Shown: positions 27,445 to 40,706 of the stretch, piece after piece
Layout: each line of letters opens with the position of its first letter
How positions within the stretch are numbered: the stretch's first letter is position 1
Assembly (NCBI RefSeq): GCF_006345805.1
Contig: NC_042998.1
Location: forward strand, 124,868,001 to 124,932,000
Length of the DNA stretch: 64,000 nucleotides
Origin: Octopus sinensis
Lineage: Eukaryota
Reading direction: 5' to 3'
Notes under the pieces: generated by a model
What the model saw: only the letters and a program-made list of their open reading frames with translations
The model's database searches: none
What the model was told of the DNA's origin: nothing
Made by a program: the position numbers and the translations under genes

Positions 27445-27984
27445 CTACCCGGCACTAGACGCACTATACCGGCCAAGGCCAAAGCACGCATCCCACAATA
27501 ACATCAACACCACCAAATAGTAAATCGAAATTCAAAACACACACAACTCGGAGTCCCAAAATCTGCCGGTATTCCCAACGTGAGAGACATGTCTACTGAG
27601 CGACTGTCCCTTCACTCATCTTCCAGGGACCCGACGCACAAACAGAAACGGGGCCTCAAGCCAACACACAACCTGAATAACAATAAAAATAGAAACACAC
27701 CATGCTGCAGTAATGCTGGTCCAGTCTTTTCAGGAAGACACAAAAACACAACAACAAAAAGTGGAAACTACAACCCTATCCAACGTGCAACCACAACTCC
27801 AGCCAAAAACTGCTCCCAAGCAGGAAAATTCTTTTTTAGCCATGTTGAACATGGCAAAAGAGATACACAAAAACATTCTAGCCATCACTCAACACCATCC
27901 TATGCTATTACCCCCCAGTGGCACCAATTCCCCACATTGCTGCCACTAACACACACAAAAAATCCAAGCCCCCTGCAACAGTCA

Positions 27985-30950
27985 AAACCAGCCACTACAC
28001 TAACCTCCACATCCTACTCAATGCACAAGGTGTCAGCCCTTCCATCAATGCACAAAAATGGAAGGTCCAATTCATTGAAGACTGGGTTGGTAACCATTCA
28101 CACCACATCCCTTTCTTCATTCTCACTGAGACCCACCTTGACAACTCCACTTGGAAGCCGAAGTGAGAGTGAAGAATTTCACAACCATCCGCGCGGATCG
28201 TATCGGCAGGAGGAAGGGTGGAACTGCCATTTTCCTGCATGATCATTTACGGCAGATGGAAATAGTATATTCTCCAACGGCTACTGTGAATCAGTCACCG
28301 TGCACAACAAAGCCAATGACCTGACAGTAATTGGGCTCTATAGGCCGCCCCAAACACCCATACTGTGCTTTAAAGAATGCCTCAACAGCATTAAGTGCTT
28401 TATTCAACAGTGCCATTATAGCAACATACTCATGATAGAAGACTTCAATCTACCCTGTTTGACTGGACTACAAACTGTTTGAAACCAAGCACTCCGCCTC
28501 AACCGCTGACAAAGAAGCAGCAGAGTCACTTTTCGACTTTACGAATGAGTTTTTCTTGTCCCAACTTGTCCTTGCACCAACAAGACATCAGAACATTTTG
28601 GACCTAGTGTTTAGTAACCACACTAACACTATACATAACGTTACAGTGGAAAAAACCCTTCTTTCAGACCATGACATGGTTCTCTGTAACATGAAATTCC
28701 ACCAGCCGAAAGCTATCCTAGTGACCTTCCTCCAGCCCACCCATTTGACAACATGGATCTCCATAAAGCCAACTGGGATGCAATCAGGAACGAGCTATCA
28801 AATGTTGACTGGTCCTTTACACATACACACATCTCCACCAACCATAAAACATCTTGGCAGATCTTTGTAGACACCGTCACAGACATATGTGCAAAACACT
28901 CCCCACCAAGACCTGTGAACAAAAAGTGCAGAATCCCCCAAAACAGAAAAACCATTATCAGAAAAATAAAAAGAACAAACAAAAAAATTAACAAACTAAA
29001 GTACTGCCAACAGCAACACACACATTCGACGGCTATCGCACTGCTTGAATCCAAAAATATAACCTCCAACAATGCATGAAGACCCTCATCAATAACCAAG
29101 ATCAGCTGAGGAGAAGTGGGCCATTGAAAAAATCAAACTCAACCCCAAAGTGTTCTTTTCATTTGCGAGGAAACGCAGGGTCACTGTCTCCACTGTAGGC
29201 CCTCTATTGACGAAACTGGCACTCTCCAAGATAATGCCAAATCCATGGCCGAGATACTGCAGAAACAATACTGCTCTGTTTTCAGCAATCCTGATATGGC
29301 CGATCTGGGCTGTATCAGTGATGTCAACCCCCAACACACTATATCGGACATAACGTTTAGTGCCCCTGATGTCTTAGCGGCGATAAACGAAATAAAACAC
29401 AATTCAGCAGTAGGGCCCGATAGGTTCCCTGCTTGTGTCCTGAAGGTGTGTCGACACCAACTGCATCTCCCCTTGCTAACTGTGGAGAAACTCACTGGAT
29501 GCTGGCTATATTCCAAAAAAACCTTCTGTCCCAGTCTGTTGTCCCAGTTTTCAAAAAGGGAAACAGTCCCTTGCAGTGAATTACCGTCCGATCTCACTCA
29601 CCTCTCATATCATCAAGGTATTTGAGAGGGTGGTGAGATCTCGAATAACCAATTTCTGGAAAGCAACAGACGGCTGATCTCCAACCAACATGGGTTCCGT
29701 AATGGAAGGGACTGCCTAACGCAGCTCCTGCATCACTTTGAGGACATTTGAGAGCTTTGGGAGAGGGCTCCAACACCGATGTCATCTACCTTGATTTCAG
29801 TAAGGTCTTCGACAGGGTCGATCACAAGATCCTATTGAAAAAACTATCCAACATTGTGTCTCTGGAAAGTTACTGAAATGGATTAAGTGTTTCCTGACAG
29901 ACAGATCTCAACATGTTGTAGTTGAAGGGGTAAAATCAAGCCAGCCAAAGTCAGTAGTGGCGTTCCGCAAGGCACTGTGCTGGGCCCACTTCTTTTCATC
30001 ATTTACATTAATGACATTAATGACATCATCAAGCACAGCAACATAAAAATCTTTGCAGATGACTCCAAGCTACAGAAGGTCATAAATGAGGCGAGTGACC
30101 GGACATGCCTTCAGTCAGATCTACTGGCTGTTATCCAATGGGCAGAAAAAAACAATATGCTGCTGAACGAGGATAAATTTGAGCTAATCCACTTTGGAAA
30201 AGAGGATGCCCTGAAACTCCCATACTCCCTCCTTCAGGTGAAACTCTCGCGGCGTCCAACACATCAGAGTCAGGTGGGAGAGTAATGTGGACAACAACGT
30301 AAGCTGGGCCACTCATATAAACACCAAAGTTGACATGGCCCGCAGAATGTGTTCCTGGATTCTCAGAACTTTCCAGTCGAGAGATATCCACACCATTATC
30401 CTTCTCTTCTCCACTTTTGCCCGACCCCCCACCTTGAATACTGTTGTCCACTGTGGTCTCCCCACACAATACAAGGTATCATAAAAGTTGAAGCACCTCA
30501 AAGGGCAATCACAAAAAAGATAGATGGCATGACAGGCCTCGACTATTGGGGTCGACTAGAAAAGCTAAAACTCTATTCTCTCCAACGTCGTCGTGAGCGC
30601 TACATCATCTGCATGATGTGGAAAATATTCCATCAGCATTGCCCAAATGATGTTGGCATCACCTTTAAGGTACATCCAAGGCTTGGGCCCCGTGCCATCC
30701 GCCCAAAACAAAAATCGCACTCTCATCTCATAACAACAATACGGCACAATTATTTCACCTCAATTGGCCCCCGCTCTCTTTAACATTACACCAAAACACA
30801 TTAAAACAGAAACTGACCCTATAGGGTTCAAGAAGTCTTTGGACAGATTCCTTCAAGAAATCCCGGATAAACCCCCTACACCCGGATATGTCTCTGTAAA
30901 CAATAACTCTCTACTTGAGTGGGCCATAGTGCCCAAATTCTGACTTGAAA
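27985..30950 (+). pseudogene. LINE ORF2 (APE endonuclease plus reverse transcriptase), multiple frameshifts
   Basis: Motifs are spread over ORFs 27918, 28300, 28556, 28753, 29245, 29977 and 30349 in different frames. Confidence 0.9.
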
Positions 30951-31016
30951 GACTTCACCAGGTGGTGCTATTAAGTTAGACATGGCCTGGGCCAATAATG
31001 GCCGAAACCTATCAAA

Positions 31017-31018
<2 letters not shown>

Positions 31019-31058
<40 letters not shown>

Positions 31059-31257
31059 ACATATATATATATACATACATATATATATACATACATATAT
31101 ATATATACATACATATATATATACATACATATATATATATATACATACATATATATATATTACATACATATATATATATATATACATACATATATATATA
31201 CGTATATATATATATAGATATATATATATATATATATATATAGAACATATATATACG

Positions 31258-31295
<38 letters not shown>

Positions 31296-31373
31296 ATTAT
31301 ATATTATATATATATATATACGTATATATATATATATATATATATATAGATATATATATATATACATATATTA

Positions 31374-31423
<50 letters not shown>

Positions 31424-31430
31424 CATATAG
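31019..31430. repeat. ~410-bp (TA)n/(TACA) microsatellite shared by the LINE and PLE 3' ends
   Basis: Directly visible. Confidence 0.96.
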
Positions 31431-31464
31431 ATCAAAATAAAAAAAAACATGATGCGAAGGATTC

Positions 31465-31543
31465 AGCGGTACATATTTTCGGGCCTTTATTAGACAGATT
31501 TATAACAATGCATAATGTATGTCTGTGGCCTTCTTCAGCCGCG
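31465..31543 (-). ncRNA. Type I hammerhead-ribozyme-like motif
   Basis: gcgg-CTGAAGA-a-GGCC-acaga...tctgt...-GGCCc-GAAA-atat-GTA-ccgc. Intact CUGANGA/GAAA core, stem I gcgg/ccgc. Stem III is imperfect (looks like GAAA[C]ATATGTA lacking a C). Confidence 0.65.
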
Positions 31544-33392
31544 CACCACAGCTTCCACAAGGACATGTGTTACATCAAAAATTCTTGGTTGGGGATGCAA
31601 ATCCTCTCATTCACGTACGACATAATGCGGCAGCAGCATAGAGTTGAAGCGTCCATCTCTTTCTTCTCTCAATGTAGAATGAGGAAAATTGGATGTTGAG
31701 GTAATGTAAATAAATAAATACATATAGAGGTGAAGATGGAGGGGCGAGAGTTCGGGACGAGGGATAAAAAATGTATAAAAAGTGTAAGTATAGAATAATA
31801 TAAAAAGTAGAGGATAAAGGGTTGTAAGTAGATGTAAAAGGGGTATAAAGAAATATAAAGTAAAAATAGAAATAGAAATAAAAGTAAAAAAACTGATAAA
31901 AACATGATAAAAGTGTAAAAGAATGTAAAGATAAGGGATGTATAGAGGTTATGGACCAAGCATGGTGGTCAGGTGATTGATAAAATTTAGTTGTAGAATT
32001 GTCAGTACATCAACAGTTTCGTCTGGGGACTTAATGCGTTGTAAATCAGAGCTGATGAGCATTTAATCTGGTTCCTTGAATAAATGGACTTCTAGTACAT
32101 ACATATCATCATGGATATATACACCCACATACACGCGTACATATACGCCTCCAAGCCTATAAGCATACACACGCACTCGCGTGTAAACACGTACATAAAC
32201 ACACACGCACCCACACGCACGCGCGTACACACACATACATACAACAGAATATCCGCATATATACACGGACATTACGCGCGTACACGCTCACATGTATATA
32301 CGCGCGCCCATCACTCCATACACACAGTATATGCCCACGCCTCTAGGTCCAGGTATAAGATATTAAGGATGTGTATAAGAACGTATGTAAAGAATCCCGT
32401 ACTCATGTCAATACGCGCACGCACCACGGCTGTGTGTCCGTATGTGCGTGCACATATACACTCATATACACACAGAGACACACGCGCACATGGGTATAGC
32501 TATAAGATATCGAAGTATGCATGTACATATATGCGCGTGCATATGTATGTATGCGTATACACACGTACGCGGACGCTCGTATATTCAAAGGTGGATCCAT
32601 AGGTAAGTAAATAAACATATATAGAGGTGTAAAGCGATAAGTTAGGGGTAAGAATGAGGGTAAGGGTAAAGATTAGAAATAAAAAATACAGTATAAATTA
32701 AGAAATACAATGTAATAGTTAGAAATGAAGTATAAGAATTATAAAAATTATAAGAGTTAAGGTAAGGGATGAAAATGAAAATGAGAATAAATGGAAGTAG
32801 AATAAAAGTAAAAATAAAATTAAAAATAAAAATAAAAATAAATGGAAGTAGGATAAAAGTAAAAATAAATGTAAAAATAAAAATAAAATAAAATAAGAGA
32901 TAAAAATATAATTTTGTAAAGTTTAACATGAGATGAAGGTGTGTTGAAAGTTAGAGGTGTGTGTTAAACGTAGGGGCGGGCGGGGGAACTGAAAATTGGA
33001 AGGGTGGGAAGTGGAGTTTGGCGGTGTGCGTTCAACATCTGAGTTAGAAATGTGAAAGGGTATAGATATAGGGAATTAAAGAGACTACATAAGGAGGATA
33101 TGGGTGTAGGAGAAGAATATTTAGGGAAAAGAAGTCATATATGGGAGACAAAATTTGTATATATAGGGGGAAAATGCAGGGAACCCTATATGCACGTACA
33201 CACACCCACACACACACACACACGCACATGTACATATATATGTATATGTACACATACGTACACGTATGTGCACATACATACGCACACACACACACATACA
33301 CATATACACGCACATATAGGAAAGCGGGATGTGCTGGAGCCGACAGGTTGCACCGGGTGGGAGGAAATTGCATGGGGGAGTTGGTATAAGAC

Positions 33393-35932
33393 CTAAGCAT
33401 TGTAGTATTTGAAAGTATTAATAAGTTTATGTATACAGGATGGTTTGAACTCTGACCTTTTGTTAATAAGATTGTGTTTGTCTTTGAATTTCAAGATGTT
33501 AAGGAGTTCTACACAGCATAGTTGGCATCCTGCTCTATTATTTAAATAAGGTGCAGCTGATCCGATGATGGACCATCTGAGTTTGAAGCCTATGCATTTG
33601 TCTTTTAATTCCCAAATTCTTTTAGAGAGGGAGGTGCTGTTAGCCTTATGTCTGTGTCTCAGCGAGGACCGGTGGTTGTAGTATCTGGATTTCCAGGAGG
33701 TTGAGCAACAATATAGGTGAGTGTGTTAAACTGAGTACTCACCTCACATGAGTATATTACGTTTTTCGCCCTACATGCGCCCTGCAGCGGGCACTCTGAT
33801 GCACATCTGCAGTTGCATTGCATTGCATTGTTCGGTCGTGTACTGCTAATCCCAGGCGGAGGTGTTGCAATACGAGTGGGGGCGTTGGTATCCTCCTGGT
33901 GGTGATGGGTGTATGTATGTAGTATTCCTCTGTTGTGTTGGCGGGTGTTATTACTAACTGTTTGGGTAGTATGGCTGCCAGTCTGGTTATATTGTCTACT
34001 GTCTGGATGAGGGGAGTTCTGTTGGTCGCTATGGTTTGCTCTTGATCTAGCTGTTCTAATATTAATATAGTTATGTTTAGCTATGAGGCAGCTCATGTTG
34101 GGCAGGGTAGAGTAGGAAATCCTAATAGTTTTATTGGAGAAGATACTTCTATACTTGTGGGTGGGTGGGAAGTTGTTGGAAATTATAGAGAATATTCTCT
34201 TACATAACTTACCCCTAACTGCTAAGTTGAAAGGTATGTTGAACCATATATATTTGCGTAATCTACTATTATCCCTTCTATTTCTCCTAATAGGATCTAT
34301 ATTGCTCTCGTCGGGAGGGTTACTATTGTGTGCTGTTCTATTAGTTCGCCTATTTCCCATACGTTGTTTGGAGTTTAAATTAGAATTATCGCTAGTGTGA
34401 GTTGAGTGCTGAGTTCGATTATATTGGGAGTCTTATGGCCGACGGACGCTCCCGGGTGGTCTACATATGATATTCTCTGGTTATACCCGGCACTATAGAG
34501 AGCCTGGTTGTAGTGTTGTGCATGATTATTGAAAATTTCTCTATTAGAGGATAGTTTTGTCAGTCTGTCTGAGATGCTTGGACCATGTGGTGCTAATTAT
34601 ACAGGGTGGATGGTTGGAAGAGGTATGGATGTATTTGGTAGTTTCTTCTGGTTTCCTATACGGGTAGTGAAGGTGCTTATTCAAATCTAACGTAACATCT
34701 AAGAAGTTTACTATTTTAGTATTGGTCATAAATTCTAGTTTAAGATTGAAGGCTTTGAAAAAAAGCCTGATCTTTTTCCTAATTCTTTCTAGTTTACTCC
34801 TATTGTTGGTGGGGTATATGAAGAGAGCGTCGTCTCTGTATAGACCCCCCTGAAGATCCGGTACCTCGGAGAAAAGCTTCTTGAGCAGGTAGGCCCCGAC
34901 AAGTCAGTCACCTGAGCGTGAATCGCTCGAGCCCATAGCCACATCGAAATTGTCATCAAAGGATCGTCGGATGGTCCAGAGTCTACCGTCGTCGAATTCT
35001 ATTATGGTTTTTCTAGCTAATAGAATTATGTCAATTTTTTCTCTGTCTATGAGTGAGGTTGCGGGCAAAAATAAAAAAAGGGATTTGTTAAGTAAGATGG
35101 GGGATGATATACTGGCGTAGTAGCTAGCATGTCGAATTGATGAATGAATGAGTAGTCGGGCCTATTGGTGATAGTGTTAAACCATTCTAGCACATCGTTG
35201 GTGTTAATCCATAGTTGGAGTGGGATGTGGGGTTTGATGTGTGGGATCACCCTGTCCAGGATGGTCTTGCTAAGTCTGCCGATATCCGATTTAGTCGGAC
35301 AGATTAATCGTACTCCTACACTATCTGGGAAGTCTTTCTTATGGTCTTTAATAGTAATTTGGGTACTTGTGGTTTAATAGGTTCTGTTCTGTCCAGGAGG
35401 TCTAATTTGCTCATAACTTCCTTGATTTTGTAGTTAATTTCCTTAAGGTTATCCGTAGAAGTAGTTTTATACTTTTTGCTAAGTTCCCTCATGATGAGCG
35501 ATTTGTAGGTTTGGTAGTCTAGCCTATACCAGTTCCCAGTCTTGTCGGCGGGTATGATAAGACTATCATCGTTCCTAAGTGAAAGCAGGAAATCTTTAAG
35601 GCTCCTTAAGTGGGTGTTGGAAATGGTCTTATGTTTACTAATGTTGATGTTGGTAATGAGGTCGATTAAGTCTTTTCAAAATTTTCCAGTGCGTAGTTAG
35701 AGGGTGGGTTTCTTCTGCTTTTAAATATCTTCCTGTGTGCTATTTCTTCTTGGTTAGAGTTGGGGTTGCTTTTCTCCGGGTTATCGAAATGGTAGGCCGC
35801 CCACCTGATTCTTCTAATAAAGTCTGTGGTCCGGTGGATGAGAGTCGTCGTGTAAGTTTTGTCGGAGTGGAGAGGTATGTCCTTGGGGAGAAGTTTGTGT
35901 GAATCCTTTGAATCTTCATGCTTGGGTTCGTC
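33393..35932 (-). pseudogene. Penelope RT-GIY-YIG polyprotein, frameshifted
   Basis: Pieces in ORFs 35740, 35047, 34544 and 33659 plus unlisted short frames join into one protein when single-base deletions are corrected. Confidence 0.88.
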
Positions 35933-36009
<77 letters not shown>

Positions 36010-36224
36010 TATATATATATATACATATACATATATACGCATTTTTGCTAATACATACGCGGTGAAGCTACACATTAGCGTCGTATTTTTACGTTCGCTA
36101 TTTCCAGTAAATATCGGTACTTAGTTGTGCCATTTATTTACTAATTTGTATATAATTTTATATATATATATTATATATATTATATATGTATATATACGTG
36201 TGTATAAGTCTGTATATAAGTATG

Positions 36225-36276
<52 letters not shown>

Positions 36277-36290
36277 GTATGCGCGTGTGT
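35933..36290. repeat. (TA)n-rich microsatellites flanking the PLE 5' end
   Basis: Directly visible. Confidence 0.93.
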
Positions 36291-36832
36291 GTGTACATAT
36301 TTATATATATGTATGTGTATGTATGTAAGTATATATGTATATGCGCAGGTTTGCGTGTGCTGGATGTTCGTCTGTGTGCTTCGCCAGTCTGTTGAGCGTG
36401 CAAGCGTGTTTTAAGTATGGATCAGACATTAAGTAACTATAGTCTTAATAGTAATGAAGAATAAATAATACCAAAAGGAAGAAAGATTTATCAGATGCAT
36501 ATATAAAGGTTGCCTTTTGCCTTTTATATCGTTTTATTGAATTGCCCTTTGTAAATCACATGAGGCAATACATCTCAATCATTTATGATTAAGTCTAGTA
36601 ATTTGGATAATAAAACCACTGATAGCTTGCATGACATACACTTATACACACAAATTCGCGTGCATGTGTGTGTGCATGCGTGCGAATGTTTGTGCGTGCG
36701 TATGTTTGTGCGTGTATGTGTGTGCGTGCGCGCGCGCTAACTAATACTGACTACAGTGTTTTGAGAGGAAGGGTTCCCATAATCTGTCGGATGTCTTCTT
36801 TCAAAGATATAATTTTACCTCGCTGTGAAATG

Positions 36833-36865
<33 letters not shown>

Positions 36866-38829
36866 CTGTGCGTAATAATATTAACACTGGACAGTTATAA
36901 CTGCCCTTTTTTCTGTAACAAAGATTTCGGGTCTGTAGGACACATATTTATACAATACTGATTGACAGAGTTAATACTTTCAGCCAACTATCAGACCTGG
37001 TAATCATTTTGCCGATGCTGAAACACGAGAAAATAGATTTTTAAAAAAATCACCAGCTTTCTCACAAAAGTGTTTATTGGTGAGACCGATATTCTCCAGA
37101 TAAGCCTAAGTTGCAGAAGATAAATTAGTAAATTTTAATAAGTGGAAAAGAGTGTCTTGGAGATATAATTATTTCTTGAATCAGGTTATTTGATGTGGAA
37201 AAGTTCACAGCTATCATAGTAAGTGAAATCAAGTAGTTAACTTAGAGTGCTTAGTGAGGCGTTAAATTCTAGAATTTCATATGAAACGACTTAATGGCTG
37301 TAGGTCCACTAAGTCTATCATTTCCCTAGTTGCCCATAAAATTTGAAATTAGTGTTCTAAATACCTGTAAAACAAATAGAGCTGAATAACAATCTTAGTA
37401 TTTTGGGGATTTGTACTCCCAGATTATTCATCGTTACAATAATGACTGTTAAGATGACTGACATCATGGAAACGAAGTATCATTTGATCAGTATTTAAAG
37501 ATGCAGATTTCAAGTATCTCCATCTTTATTTCCTTAAGGAAGGAAAGTGTTCTATGCGTATTAAAGCTGAGTACCTGACGTGGGATCACCCTCAGAACAG
37601 TAAATTGACACTGGGACCCAATGTACAGCCTTTGTAATTTATGATAGAGAACAATTTCACTGATGCACTCATGTGGTCTGATAAGAGAGTTCAACCACGA
37701 AGAAGCAAGTTTGCATTGCCTCAAAACGGCATTTCTTCCTGACCTAAAGATCATGTAAATTCTCCCTCCTAGACACGTTAGAAAGAATTTTGTTCGGATA
37801 CACCTAAATAGATAGATAATTATTGTACCTTTATGCCAAGATGTTAACTCTCGGCATAGCTCAGGAGATATTCAAAAAGGTGTTCTACTTCGGCATGTGA
37901 ATCTGTGCTTTTGCTATACACTTAGACATCCTCGACCCATGACATGACCGTATCCAAAGAAAAGCCAGCACCAGACTTACAATGGAACTCTCTCCTCTCT
38001 GTGATTGATCTATCGATACTATATTGGCAGAGAGGTGGATAGTTTCGTACAACCCCAACTCTGATCATCCAAACCAAACAATAAGGTATTTTCTTTTAAA
38101 ATTTAAAATTAACTACTTCGAGAAACATGGAGAAATATGGAAAAATAAATGAGTGAACATGAAGGGATAGTGATAGGGAAGTTTCGTTCTTATTAGACTT
38201 TCTCGATGAGCATATTTTCTCAGTAATACCATGAGTGATAAATGCAAAGAGAGAAACAATGCCGCTGATTATCAATTACAATATATGGATGTCGTAAGTA
38301 CCTCAACGGGTGTTCTGTGAATTGAAAAATTCCGATTAACTGAAATTATCCAGTCAATTAGAAAACAGAATTTCCCTTTACACAAATTCTAGTTTCATAC
38401 AAATATGATGCTGGCTTTATTGTATGTTATATGATTAAGCTTTCTTAACAGATTGGATGTATTTCAGTAGGAATTCATAAAACTCCAAAGGAGGTTATCT
38501 GCCCATGCAGCATTTGAGAGTAAAGTGAAATATATATATATAGGGATAGGGAAAACCTATGAAGGTAGTTGTTCAGCAAAAGGAAGGGAGAGAAGCAGGG
38601 AAGAACTCACAGAAAGATGTAGTCATTGATAGGGATAGAAATGGTGAAGCGGTTAGAAACTAGGTGGGAATGCTGGTCTTTGGTGAGAGAGGGGAAGAAA
38701 TGAGGAAGGAGCGTATATGTATATGCAAGTATAACCGTGTCTGAAAGGACTGATGTGTTTTAGTGTAGTGCTTATATATGTAGAATTGTGGAAATATAGT
38801 GGAATGGATTGATAAAGGTGTGGAATGTT

Positions 38830-38878
<49 letters not shown>

Positions 38879-39053
38879 GCAAGTGTATGGCAGATTTACG
38901 TAGGAGTGTAAAACGTTTTTGCATTGAAGCACTAAAATATGGAAAAGAATGACAAAGAAGAAATGTACAAATTCTGTGAAAAGCAGAGAGGTCAAAGAAA
39001 ATGGTAAAAAAAATGGAGTAAAACTCCGGAAATTTTGCTTGAATGTCCAAAAG

Positions 39054-39085
<32 letters not shown>

Positions 39086-39115
39086 ACACATACACAATCA
39101 CACACACATATATAT

Positions 39116-39190
39116 AGGTGGTGCTATTAAGTTAGACATGGCCTGGGCCAATAATGGCCGAAACCTATCAAAGTATCAAAGTATCAAAGT
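39116..39190 (+). mobile_element. 75-bp 5'-truncated copy of the CR1-group LINE 3' end
   Basis: AGGTGGTGCTATTAAGTTAGACATGGCCTGGGCCAATAATGGCCGAAACCTATCAAAGT is identical to 30960-31018. Here it carries three TATCAAAG tail units. Confidence 0.95.
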
Positions 39191-40284
39191 ATATATATAT
39201 ATATATATATACACGCACACATATATGCATACATATATTATCGTTTTGTCGCGCTCCTTAAGACTTCATTTTCATTTTTCCGATGAAATGTTGGAGAAAT
39301 GAAAGTGAACTAATAGCCGAAAGGCATACACTAGGGCATTTCATCCGATACTCTAGCATTCCGCCAATCAGTTGTCCTAAGAGACAGATAACACAAGCAA
39401 GATTTGAACCGAGACAATTACCACACGAATTTCTATTCGGCTCTGACGTCCCTGCCAATTCGAGGCCATGTTGTGCGCGCGTGCCTGTGTGTATGTGTGT
39501 GCGCGTACGTGTGTGTGTCTATGTGTGCATGTGTGTGTCTGTGTGTATGTGTGTGTGTCTGTGTGTGTGTATGTGTGTGTGTGTGTGTGTCTTATACGAA
39601 TACATGACTATTTATGATTTTAAGTTTGTCTGTTCTTTGTATAAGGAGTTATGTCTCATTCAGAGATTTTTATATACTGTGTTTAAATTATAATTCTATT
39701 ACAGCTGTAAATATCTTACCAGACACTAAATACACTGTCTTGTTGAATTTTCTGTCTGTTATGCTCTACATTACTTTTATGGCGAAGAAAATTAAAGATA
39801 AATCCTATCTTCATCAGCCTACGTAGTAACACATATACGCATTGTTTGTGTATATGTTTTCGTATATGTATGTATGCACGCATGTGTGTATGTGTGCGTA
39901 TGTGTATGTTTATGATTTATTGTCAAATACAAAAGCCAGTACCATTTTTATGTGGTGTTTGGCTTCCTTAATTCTTAATGCCATCAAGCATTCGCAAAAT
40001 ACTTCGCCAATCTTTAAAACATCATACAAAATAGAATCTTGAAAGCAAGACAATACCTTATAAGTTCTTAGATAAGAGAATTTATTTAAAATCAAAACAG
40101 AATGCACATACATAAAGAAAATTACGAAAAATCGTTTATATAGTGGTGTTTCTTTTATATTTCTCGAAATATTTTACTGGAGTTGTATACGTTTATGGAA
40201 AGTATTATCATGTAAGATGCAAAATCACCGTATATTCGGTTCTGGTTCTTGCTTCCCGCTTTTAAAATTCACTTGCACAACAAA

Positions 40285-40495
<211 letters not shown>

Positions 40496-40706
40496 CGTTT
40501 TGGTTTGGGTACTGAATAAGCATTCGAAATTTTAGGGATGTGCATGTTGTCATGTTGTCACTGATATTAAGTCATTTAACTAACGCTGTTGCACTGCTCT
40601 TCATTTAACGTTAGCAGTACAGTATACAGCGGTAAAAGAAAAAAAAAAGAAATTGTCGAATGTTTCATTGCTTAGAGAGGCCATTCAAATGAAACAATAA
40701 TTTAAT

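Larger units (their letters stand above)
26409..31018 (+). mobile_element. CR1-group (CR1/L2/Daphne/Crack-like) LINE, apparently full length, frameshifted
   Basis: APE motifs LNAQG, LTETHL, RADR..GG.A, LYRPP, EDFNLP, ILDLVFS and SDH. RT motifs AVGPD, NYRPISLTS, QHGFR, YLDFSKVFD, GVPQGTVLGPLLF and FADD (30052-30063). Then LEYCCPLWSP and SLQRRRERY. Ends in ATCAAAGT before (TA)n. The 5' boundary is inferred from the end of the (TA)n. Confidence 0.93.
31440..35932 (-). mobile_element. Penelope-like element (RT plus C-terminal GIY-YIG) with long low-complexity 3' region and terminal hammerhead-like motif
   Basis: Minus-strand IPADKTGN, KDHKKDFP, LWINTNDVLEWF, FDVAMGS, GLYRDD (YRDD 34840-34829), VNFLDVTLDL, SSNHPP, CNCR..ECPLQGAC, NVIY..TYIG, RYYNH and CQLC. 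Stop TAG at 33395-33393. The 3' extent is inferred from the HHR. Confidence 0.9.

Noticed and set aside
32020-32062. CTGATGAG on + and CGAAAC on - close together, a possible hammerhead
   Set aside because: The two core halves are on opposite strands and no stem II forms.
37560-38060. Faint similarity to a Tx1 endonuclease on the minus strand (GRNAVL resembling GDWNAIL)
   Set aside because: Too degenerate to support without an alignment.
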